A stretch of DNA of 54,914 nucleotides from Hydrurus foetidus (taxonomy: Eukaryota). Below, piece by piece: positions 22,473-34,300 of the stretch. Each line of letters begins with the position of its first letter. The first letter of the stretch is position 1. The notes beneath the pieces are model-generated. The model was not told the DNA's origin, did no database searches, and saw only the letters and a program-made list of their open reading frames with translations. The stretch spans positions 1 to 54,914 of the forward strand of contig UYFQ01000693.1 of assembly GCA_900617105.1 (NCBI GenBank). The letters run 5' to 3'. A program made the position numbers and the translations under genes.

Positions 22473-25400
22473 ATGTCGAGTCAACGAATGAGCATGCGGC
22501 CCTCAATGGGGGACAGTGGACTGCGATTAAGGCCCGATAACTTCATCAGTAAGCTGACTTTAACAGCATCGGACACCTTAAATAAGTTACAAATTATATG
22601 GAAGGAGGCTGGTTATGAGGATGCTGAGTGCCAGAGTCTACTGGGCGATTTGCTCGGCAAGATCAAGTTGGTTTGTATAACTGAGATTGCCGCTGAGGAG
22701 CAGATTCTGGAGCACGCAAAGCAAGAGGTGTCTGCAAAGATTGAGGAATACCATATGCTGTGTGCGCAGCTCGGCCGCAAACCTGCTCCGGGCTGTGGTG
22801 CGGGTAACAATTATGCGGATAAACTGGCTGAGCTAGAGAAGCTTTTGTCCTGTATTGAGATCGAAGTATCGGAGCGTCAGAAGATTCTTGACGTTGAATT
22901 TAATGCAATTGAAGGACTTGTGAATAGCTTGGGGGAGCAGTCGCCATCTTTAGATCTCTTCTTGGGACCTGAGGGCACCCCGCAACTGTCCGACGTGCGA
23001 TTACAACTTCTACGACAACATAAAGATATTTTGATGAAAATGAAAGACGAAAGAGCCCAGGAAATGAATGAGATTGCTGATGAGTGCAGTGCCAGTTTCT
23101 CTGATCTCGTCATTGAGCAGGAGGGCGTCAGGACTTTATCTGATTACGAGATTTTCTCGGACATAGACACGGCGATACTTGGGTACATGAAAACTGGAGC
23201 ATTTAACGTGGGAGTTCACACTGAAGATCTGGTGAATTCAACTTGTACTCTGTCTATCATTATTATGACTTGTTATGTCATTTTAAGTTTGAGGGATTTA
23301 TGTGATGAATTGCTGATGCATAACTGTTCAACTTATCTCGTAAACTTTACAGGCCAAATTGAAAGACAGGAGTCAATCGCTGTTGGACGAGAAGGAGCGT
23401 AGAAGGTAGTATCTGTTTGATTGTTTCAATATCAATTAAATGTTATGGAACATAGTCAGACTCACCTTCAAGAAATCATCGATTGAATAAGATTACAGTT
23501 TCCTTGCCTCCCATCAACTATGTTGAAAGCCCCTCATGACTGACTTCGATAGATGTAGCGAAATCAACTGCATCGTAAAATATTTCGTATTCCGTATTTA
23601 TTTGCATATTCTCACACGCCAAATATCAAATAATTTTGTAGATTTGAATTATCTACCACTGGTGCCGAGATCGCCAGACTATGGACCCTTCTCAGAATTC
23701 CTACGGCTGACCGAGAAGCATTCCAATCGTCATTCAAAGTACGTATATGCATATTCAAAAATATCTTGGTATCAGATGAAAATATTATTAGGATGATTAC
23801 AATGGATGTCTGACAGTGAAAAGAACAAAAAACCACCGAACAGTCCTTTCACATCGCAGAAATATGTTTGACACAACTGCTATTTTTTCCAGATGAATTT
23901 GTCTTTGGAAACGCTGTCGAAAGGGAAGAAGGAGTTGGAGGGGTTGAGAGAAATTCGCGTTACCTCCCTCGGCAGAGTTGTGACCAGCATCAGACAGGTT
24001 GATTGTCAGTTTGTTTATCTATATGTCTGTCGATTATCTTTCACTTTGCCATGGGTCTGTCTGCGTTAATGTTCCAGAATTTAATGTCCATTTCTGATGG
24101 TGAATGTCCGTAATTTTGTAGCACCTTCTGCACATTAATTCAATGCATTTGAATAACGCTTTATGCCTTGGTGATGCTCTGAAGAACTTCACTTTTTTTG
24201 CAGAAAATATCTCTGCTACTGCTCGCGGCTAGATATGATAGATTTCGCAGTATAGATCATCATTCTACGGTAGACTGTTATGGATGCATTGACTTGTCTT
24301 GGTCGATCTTATCCTCCTCATTGCCTCTACACCATAACCGCATTCATGCAGTCAGCTTTCATGTGCGGGTAACGCATGCTTACCATTCTCATACTTACTG
24401 CACTAGTACACCCTATTCTCTGCTATCTATCCAGGACATATCCTCCCTGTGGGAAGAGGTAGGAATCGACACGGACGAGCAGAAGAGTCACGAGTTCCCC
24501 ACCTTCTTTTACCCCTTAGAGGACTTGGAGGATACAACGGTACGTACGTTCACAGTCCATTTCTGTACATGAGTATGCCGCACTTACAGTTGAATGTATA
24601 TCTCACACACTACTGCCAACTCATTTTAGCTGTAATGGTCTTTTTGATGTCGATTGCGGTCTATCAGTTTCCTGCATTTTTACACATCACCAGAACCTTT
24701 GTGACACTCTCTCACATTTCATCCATCACTCCACAAGCGCCATGACAATTCTATCTCATCCCACTCCTATTCATTACTCTACCCCACTCCTCTCCGATCA
24801 CATTCATCCCCATCCTATCCATCCTTCTATCCTTCCATCCGATCCTTCCTTCCTTCCATTCATTATTCCTTCCATTCCTTCCATTCCTCCATTTTCCTTC
24901 CATCCATTCATTCCCCTTCCTTCCTATCCATTATTCCATTCCCTTTTTCCTATCCTTCCATTCCCCATTCCTTTTTCCTCCTTCCTTCCATTCCATTCTT
25001 CCCCCATTTTCCATTCCTATCCTTTATCCATTCCATTCCTTATCCATTCCTTCCATCCCCTCCATTCCTTCCATCCATCTTCCTATCCATCTTATTCCCT
25101 ATCCCATTCTTCCCCTCCCCTATCTTATTCCCCTTACTTCCTATCCCATTCCTCCCCCTTCTCTGTCTAATGCCCACTTCTAACTATCCGTTTTGACTTT
25201 TGAAGGTTGAGGTACACGAGGCTTATTTTTCTGCCCTAAAAACACGTGTCGAAGAACTCAGACCTATACTCCTCAAGATTTCAAGAAGAGAACTAATTGT
25301 TCAGGTGCAAATTTGCTCTAATATCCTTTGTAATAGGTCTAAAATCTTTAATAGATGTCGATATTCTTCTTAAATTCACTGATTAAACACCATTTTTGGC

Positions 25401-27340
25401 GTATTATTCCATTGAAATTACAATGTGTATGACTAAACTGCACTACCTACCGTGCACATGTACCGTACGTACGTTCAACACACACAGGAGAGAGTGGAGC
25501 TGGAGCACATACAGTGCAATCCTGAGCGACTCATAGCCAGGGGTCCCAATGCAAGGGAAGACAGGTACGTACGTACGTAGATTAATACCGTAGAGATAAG
25601 ATGACTTCATAGGAGTCAAAGTGAATATACAGCCCATCTACGTCCTGTAACAAATGAACAATGGCCACAAATCAAATCATGCAGTCCACTGCACATTATT
25701 CACCATCGAATACCTGCTCTGTCATGTAATTCCTATTCTCCTTTCTCTGATGTACATAGGAAGAGAGAAGAGGCGATGGCTTCGAGAGTAAAGAACTTGG
25801 ATAAAATCACAAAAGAGGTGAATGGTCGACTTTTTTAATTCCTCATTTTATGAAGCACTCCCAAGATAAATTCCTTACTCTCTCTCTCCTTCTGTCCCTC
25901 TCTTCTTTTATTCTCTCTCTACCTGTTTGTCAGGTGTTGCAACAGATAGCTCAGTGGGAAGAAACGAGAGGGCCATTCATGTTCGCGGTAAGCGCTCCGA
26001 AGCGATTTAGAGGAACATTTATTGATTTGATTGTTCATGCATCAAGCTGTTCTGTTTAATTGTCTTCTATCTTCTCTTCTCATTTAATGTGTACTGGAAT
26101 GACCGACAGTCTGAGTCTGTGCATGCTTCTATGGATATGATATCCTCATCCCACTGACCTTTACATACATGGTTCAAATAATCGCATCCTCCATTACACA
26201 AATCTTCATTTCGCTTATTTTCTTTTTCCGTTCCCAGGGGGAGAGATACAGCGATCGGGTGATCGGGCAGGAGGAAAATTATGTAGAGGTAATACAACTT
26301 CTTTGGGGGATACGATACTTTTATGATTTACGGTCATAAGAAAGGGTGTGTAGAATTTGGGCAGTGCAGAAGAGAGAGACATCGATACACACGTACTTAC
26401 TAGTCGACTTCACTTCACTTCACTTCACTTAATGGCTTTGTAGCAGCAGCACTTCGTCCAGTAGTGTCTACTTGACATCGTACTCATTATCTGTAATTGT
26501 CCAATCTACTCACTCAGATTAAGGAGTCACTCCGAAATGCCAGAAAAGAAAAGAAGGACGGAAAGGGCGGTCCGGAATCCCGACCTGTCAGTGGGGCGTC
26601 TTTACCGTAAGAATTTTACCGTAATACAGTATTGTTTTGCGGTTACATAATACCAATGGATTCAGATGTGTTGTAATTCAGATTCAGACATTAAATGACT
26701 CCAACCGTTGTAAATTGTGAATATTTCTTTGGCTGCTTTGAGTCATGCTATAGCACGGTACAGCATGAAGTCCGCATGAACTAGATGATAGTTATTATAA
26801 ATGTTCATGCGTGCACTTCGCACTGCTCATGTACTCCAATCTTGTCTCACAAAAATACGATATTTATTCACCTCTCAGACGGAAGCCTGCTCTGCCCACG
26901 CAATCTCCCCTGGGGCAGACACCGAAATCGACCCCAAAGGTCGTGACCATCGTGGTTCCGGTACAAGACCCCTCTGCAGGTGAGGAATTCAGAGTCCAAG
27001 GTCCATGATTCATTGAACGGAGTTCTACTTTCGTTCAGTTGAGTGTTTCGCATGACCGTTATGGTTCATACTTGGTCATTTATCGCAGACGAAACATGAA
27101 AGCAGTGCAAATTGTACAAGATGAAGTTCAAGAATTCGACTACAATCTGATTTGAGCGGAATCAATTTAAATCTCGCCATTCATCAAAATTGCAATTAAT
27201 TGAATAATTCCGTCTCGGTGTGATTTTACTTAATCGCTGTAGGGTTTTATGGCGAGGACGAGAACAAGCAGGATGCTATCAGGAACCGGTCTATGGGCTC
27301 CATTGAAACAGACTTCACATCTGCAACCCAGCTGAAGTGA
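22473..27340 (+). CDS. PRC1: MAP65/Ase1/PRC1-family microtubule crosslinker, multi-exon
   Basis: LNKLQIIWKEAG, EIARLWTLLRI, ISSLWEEVGI, HEAYFSALK..RPILLKISRRE, NPERLIARG..RKREE, IAQWEETRGPFMFAGERY. The last exon (27243-27340) is inferred from splice phase; an alternative acceptor near 27088 would end the protein earlier. Confidence 0.88.
24770..25170. repeat. G-depleted CCATT/CCTT low-complexity tract in MAP65 intron
   Basis: About 400 nt almost devoid of G on the + strand, built from ccattc/ccttcc/cctat units. Confidence 0.85.
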
Positions 27341-28373
27341 GAGAAAATTAATTGGTGAAGTTGAAGAGAGAATGGAAGAAGGATGGAGAGGATCGGATGG
27401 TGCAATCGATCTGATGCTAGATGTACATATTTGCTGCTTGTTATATTGGGGATAATAAATGATAAAAAAGTCAGTAGTTTCGCAGAATGGTAAGATTTCT
27501 TCGATTAAGTGCACAGTATATCATTAGGGCATTCTGTATGAGTTGGTTGCATCAATATCATCTATGTATGCGAGTCGGTACAAACATAAAATAAATGATG
27601 ACCGCTGCTCGTAGAAATTAAATTCCATTATGAAGTTGGTATTATGTGTAGAAAATATACACTGACTTAATCTGAACCTAAACCTAAGGCGTGATACGCT
27701 TTGAATGTGTTCCACTATAACATCCACCAAAAGATAATGACAGTTATTTAGCCTAATTGTTTATTCATAATCCGTCTTGACATTGTAGATCTTTATGACT
27801 AAGTAGCTTTGAAGTAAAAGGACGATCAGAAAGATTTTCTTGCACAGTAAATAAATATTTTTTAGCCATGGAATGAAATAAAAAATGAGATATGAATCTT
27901 CAATCTAACAATAGACTGTGAGATGAATACTGAGATACAGTATCCAGCTTAATTTCAATCAAGCATCTGGTACATACGATGGGATAAGTATCGAGCATAA
28001 GTTCAATTGACTATTTAGCATGCGGTAAGATAATAATTTGGCAATAATCAAGAAAAAAAGTTCTGAATTTTAATCAGAATCAAAACATATAAAGAGCAAG
28101 TCGAGATGCGACTAAATAAAAGATGACGTATTGTTTATCGACCCATTGGATGATGGCGATAAGAGATATCAGGGAGTAGGGCTGACATCAAATTCACACG
28201 AATTCCTTGGCAGCCCTCCCTCGTATCCGATCCCATATGGTACTAATCTACAAGTTACTGTTACTAAATATTGGCGCGGTGTGACATTACAAGCTATAGA
28301 CGCCATCGTCTGCGCTTTCTCTCCCTTTCCAGCGGTATTCATCGTGTTCGCCCTGTATCTGACGGCACGGCAC

Positions 28374-31300
28374 CTATGGAGCAGGTGACTTCATCTGTGA
28401 CTCCAGCACCTTCAACTCCTTGTTGAGCTCCTGCTTGGCTTCTCCTTCCTTGAGAGGACTGCCAGAAACGAAGGCAGCGTACTTGTTGGCGGACATGCGA
28501 TTGCCTGCAACCCCAAGCCCACCGACATCAACTGCCATCTTGGCAGGTGGCACTGGTGGCACGATTGCTAGCTTCGGAGATGGTATTTGTGTCATGGTTG
28601 CATTTCCACTCTGCTCTACCGCAGCAGGAGCTGGGACTGTGCGGGGTACAATGACTGTTTTAATTTCCTGGGTGAATTGAGCTTCTTTCTCTGGTTGGCC
28701 CCTAGGGGTAACAATTGTGTTGGATGTGGATGTTACGACTGTCGTACTGACAGTGACGTCACCCATCATCTTCGCAACTTTCACTGGCTCCACAATGGCA
28801 GGGGAACCAGCTTGTGCTACCTTGGCAGGTGGCACTTGTGGCATGATTGCAACCTTGGAGGTTAATATTGGTGGCGTGTTCGCACTTGACACAGCAGGGG
28901 CAGGGGCTGAACGGGGGGGTATCAGGACTGCTTTGACCTCTTGGGTGGAATGAGATGACCCATTGCTACCGCCCTGTTCTTCGATAATGCTAGATCTCTG
29001 CTTGCTCTCTCCCCTCGCAGCTAGAGTTTCCATCCTGCTGATTTTGTTTTCAGCAGACTTGAGCTGCTGAAGTAGATAGGCCATCTTCTCTTCCGTATCC
29101 TTTTTGCTCACTTCTTGCTTCTTCAAAGTGTCGCTGCGTGATCGCTGGTGATAGTTGAGACAGAGAATTCAAAACAGTTAGAATACCATCTGGAAGAATG
29201 GACAAAAAGACAGACCTTGCACAGTTGAATACAGGAATAATAGTGCTGTTGTCACCTGTGCGGAAGTGACATGTGCATCGAGAGCTGCTGCCTTCTCGTC
29301 CACTTGTCCCCTCAAGCTGTGGATCTCATTGGTCACTGTAAGGGCCCTGTGCGAAGATTATGCGATAGTGCGAAAGAGAGTCAATTTCTATGTGGAGTGA
29401 AGTTGTGATCTACGGGTTAAGTTGATTCTCCTCGGTGATGAGAATTCCTCAATGAGGCAATGTCATCTCGTGATTCTCAGCATGCAGTTTGGCTTCTTGC
29501 TGATGCAGTAAGGTGTGGTGTGGTGCAATGTTCACGATGCAATCAGTACCTGTACTTGGCGACGACAAGGGCCTTCGAAAGGTGAGTGAGGTAGTGGAAG
29601 CGCGCTTCATTGAAGCCCTTGGTGTTGGGTCCTCCGCCTGCTAGAAGGCTCTTGATAATGTGGGAGACTCCTTCATTCACGCCTTCTTCTGCCTGTAACG
29701 GACTCTCCTCTTCTTCCGTGCTGTAGTTGGAGAGCTGGGCTGTGTGGGGGAGATCCACGGATTCGTTCAGCACTGATGCATGCATCGCAAGACGCTGCAT
29801 CTCCTCGTACAGATTGGTCTCATTCGAGTTGATTTCGACATTGAGAGTGTCGAGTTCATCCTGCAACGCGCAGTGGTACGCATTTATACAGAGAGTAAAA
29901 GGGTTAGGAAGTAGAGGTATTACGAAGATGCACGATAAAGTCTGCGCTGTAGCATCTCAACGAGTCTCAGAAAAAGTGGCGGTAGCAGGCTTACTAGTTT
30001 TTCGTTCCACTCAATAACAATGTTACACGCGTACGCGGCAGGTGAAGGGAGAAAGTCGCACCTGAATATCCAGTAGTCTGCTTTGAGCGGCAGGGGAAAG
30101 AACACTGCCTTTCAATTTGTTCCTTATCTCTCCCGCCTGTTCCACAAGGGTCTTCAACACACCTTCTGCAGAGGAAAGACTGCTTATGGCAACAAGATCA
30201 CCAACAACTTTGTCCGGTTTCTCCATGACTTTTTTCTTCTCATCAATAATTCCAAGTTGTTTTTTAATCTTGACCTCTATCTCACTGAGTTGCCTTGCAA
30301 GGGACGATTTCTCCTTGTTCTCCTCACTCATAATTTTATCTTTTTCATCTTGCAGGTCGTCAGATTCTTTTCTGTTCGCCATGCATGCCATGTGCAACTT
30401 TTGAATTAGATCCCTGTGTGAGAGAGTGAGTGAGTGAGTGTAAGAATTCGGAAAGTGCTGTGGAAAATGGTGCATGCATTAAGTATTCCGAGTAGGATAC
30501 AGCGTCCTGACTTTTTACCTGACAGATTTCATGGAGACGAGCAAGTCAACATTGACGTCAAGTGCCTCACAGTTGCGCATGAACTCTGCCTCAGTGATCA
30601 CTCCTCCATCCTCTTGCTTGACGACTGTTATGAAGCGCATTGACAGAGTGATGCGTTAGAATGAATTCAAGGTAAAATAGTAGTGGTGGGGCCCATTGTG
30701 GCCCATAACGGTACGGAGATAATGACCCCCTTTTCCCAATCATAAAGTGCAGTTGTAGATCACCTAAAAATAAAATATGCCTTGATGGGGACCTGCGCAG
30801 AGTGTGGGTAAAACATGTTAAGATACATACAATCATGACGATATTGTTCACCTTTTGGCATATTTGCGATTGACGTTAGCAGCTCTTTGTTTCTTTGCTC
30901 GAGAGCTGTGAGTTTTCGCTCTGATGTAGCGCTGATCTGCTTGTAGCGATCCACCTAACGCACAGAATTTACCCGGAGTAACGATAAGGCAATGAGTGAT
31001 GCAATCCGATCTCTTGCAAATAAAACACAAAGCAGAAGGTATGACCTGCTGCACACAAAATGCACCATCAGAAAATGTGACGTGTCAAAAAAAGAAGCAG
31101 AGTAAGACGAAAATGCACCTCTTCAGTGAGCGATGTAAGGGTCTTCGTCTGCTTTGACTCCTCTGTCTTGATGCGGGTCGTGAGTGAATCGTACTCAGCC
31201 TTCATGCTCTGCAGTTCGTCCTATGGGGAGGCAATCAATAATGATCAGGTGCAACAAGCTTAGAGATTGAAGTCAAGTCAGTTTGGGACACTAATTGCTA

Positions 31301-34300
31301 GAACTTGATAACGTTGAAGGACTGCCTGAAGGTGCTGCTGAAGGGACAGGCACTAATCTACAAACAGTGGCCTATGAAGTGTAGCGATGTGGGGTTAAGA
31401 CTCACCCTGTGTTGCTTCTGCTGAGCGTTGAAAAGCTTCTCCTTCTCTGCCTCTCTAGCCTGGACTTTCAGCATTTCATCCTTGGTCTCCTCTTTCGCCT
31501 TTTTAGTCTCGTCACTCTTCTTGAGATCGCTCTGAGTTGCTGCTGCCTGAGTGGCTTTCTGCTCCGCTTGGAGGGCTGCTAGCTGCTTCTCGACCTCAAG
31601 TCTTCTCTTCTTCTCCTCCTCGACTGTGACACACGTAAACGTGAACATATCGTGAGACTTACTTACATCTGCGTTAGCAAGGGGATTTGTAGCAATATCG
31701 AAGGAGAACCAGACGAACCTTGTCCAGTAGACTTCTGTTGGTTCTTGCCGAGAGCCTCCAGCTCTGCCTTGACAACAGAAAGCTCTTTGGCGAGCTCAGC
31801 TGCTTTAGCTTCGTTCCCACCAGCAACTTGCGCTGCTGCGGCCATGGCGGCTTTCTTGTCCGCTTGAATAACGATGAGTTGCTGCTCGACCTCAAGTCGC
31901 CTCTTCTTCTCCTCCTCAACTGCGACAGCATTTTCGAACAATGAGTCAGCAGGTATCGTAGGATTTAATTGCACGTGTACACTACCATCACATTCACTCA
32001 GCAGTATCAGGTACTCACTCTGTGTGCTGGAGCTCTTCTGATTCTTCCCGAGTGTCTCCATTTCAGCTCTCAGCGCTGCACAGTCTGCTTCGTACTTACG
32101 CTCTAAAGGTAAAGTGATGAAGTTTGCATATAAGTCACAGACTCAATAAATTCAAGACGTCAACATGACACTGGATAAGAGGATGAAAGTAAAAAAGTCT
32201 ACTTTATTAAATTTTCTATGATGATATTTACCTGCTTTTTTGGTTGCCTCCGCTTGAGAGTCTCTTTCAGCAATCACTTTTGCCATCGCATCTTCTTTTT
32301 CTTTCTTCAGAGCTGCAAGCTGCTTCTCGACCTCTAGTCTCCTCTTTTTCTCCTCCTCGACTGCGACAATTAGTGATGGTACAGCCATTACATCAACACA
32401 CCAATTACAGTAAAATGCACCAATTACCAAAGAGCGATATTACCTTGCGTACTAGAGCTTTGCTGACTCTTGCCAAGTGTGGCCATGTCCGCCTTGAGGG
32501 CAGCTAGCGCTCTTTCCAACTCCAAAGCTTTCTCCTCATTCGTAGCGACCAGTTTTGCAGCAGCGGCTACGGCAATTTTCTTCTCGGACTGCAAGGCGAT
32601 GAGCTGCTGCTCCACCTCTCTTCGCCTCTTGCGCTCCTCATCCACTGTGGTTTAACGTCATTGGAGATTTAAGGTATATAATAATAATAAAAGATCGTCA
32701 CAAAATCTTACCGATGCCAGTGTCCTTCCCAAGCATCTCCATCTCTAATCTGAGCGCTGTGAGCTCACGCTCAAGCTCGAAAGCTCGCTCCTCATTTCCT
32801 TCGTTCATTTTCGCAGCAGCAGTCATCGCGGCTCTCTTTTCAGTCTGAAGGGCGAGAAGTTGAAGCTCGACCTCCTTCCTCTTCTTTCTCTCCTCCTCCG
32901 CTGTGCTTCTACTCAAACTCAATGCCTCCAGCTCCCCTTTCAGTGCGGCGCATTCCAGCTCAAGAACGCCTGAGCGTTTCTTGCTACCTTCATTGGCACT
33001 AGTGGCGGCGTCAAGAGCAGCCTTCTTCTCTGCCTGCAGCGTAGCTAGCTGCTGTTCCACCAATTTGCGCCTCTTCGTCTCCTCTTCAACTTGAGTTGTA
33101 GAAGCCTTCTGGTTAAGGCCGAGATTAGCCATCTCAGCCTTCAGTGCCGCGCACTCGGTCTCCAGCTTGTTGGCGAGCTCCTTGTTGCCATCACTGATCT
33201 TCGTTGCTGCTAAGATGGCAGCTTGTTTCTCAGTCTGAAGAGCCGCGAGCTGCTTCTCGACCTCAAGTCTTCTCTTCTTCTCCTCCTCGACTGTGACATA
33301 CGTAAACGTGAACATATCGTGAGACTTACCAATATCTGAATTAGCACAAGGGTGTGAAGTATTGTCGAATAGAGAAAGATCAAACCTTGTCCAGTAGACT
33401 TCTGTTGGTTCTTGCCGAGAGCCTCCAGCTCTGTCTTTAGAGCAGCGCATTGCGCCTCAAACTCCATAGCTTTGGCTTTGTTCCTCTCTGAACATCGAAA
33501 ACTCAACGTGAGGAAAAGTAGAAGAGGAAAAAGGAAAGGGCAGTGTATTTACCTGCTAGCTTCGCAGCCTCAGCCTGAGCGTTTCTCTCGGCAGTAGCCG
33601 CAGCAACGGCTGCTTCTCTCTCTTTCTGCAGCACCTGAAGCTGCTCCTCTACCTTCTTGCGCCTCTTCATCTCTTCCTCAACTGACGACAAGGAATAAAG
33701 TAAAGTGAGTGAACTGAGAGATAAGGTATGCAGTTACAGTCAGTTGAGGGGTAGGTAATACAGTGTTCTGACATCACTGCAGCAATAAGATCGTGATCAA
33801 CCTTGGCCTGTGGATGTCTCCTGGTTCTTGCCCAAGGCCAGCATCTCGGCACGCAGCGCTGTCAGCTCTGCCTCGAGCTCGTTGGACCTTACTTTGTTCT
33901 CGGAGTTCATCTTGGCTGCAGCGGCGACGGCAGCTTGCTTCTCAGCCTGCAAGGCAGCCAACTGCTGCTCCACCTGCTTGCGCTTTCTTCTCTCGTCGTC
34001 CTCCGCATCCTTGCCCATACTGAGCACCTCGAGCTCGCCTCGGAAGGCCGCACACTGGATCTCCAGTTCTTGCAGGCGTTTGCAGTTCTCGTCGTACTCT
34101 CTCGCCGCTGCGGCCATGGCTGCGTCTTTCTCTGTCTTGAGCACAGCTAGCTTGCGCTCGAGCTCGATGCGCTTTTTCTTCTCATCCTCAGCCTCGCCTG
34201 TGGTGCTCTTTTGGCTGTGGCTAAGTGCCTCGAGCTCTGCTCTTAGCTTGGCGCACTCTGCTTCGTACTTGGCGGCCCTCTTCTCGTTGTCGCTCTGTAG

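Noticed and set aside
24742..25170. 142-aa Pro/Ser/Phe/His-rich ORF
   Set aside because: Arises from a G-free low-complexity intron tract that rarely contains stop codons.
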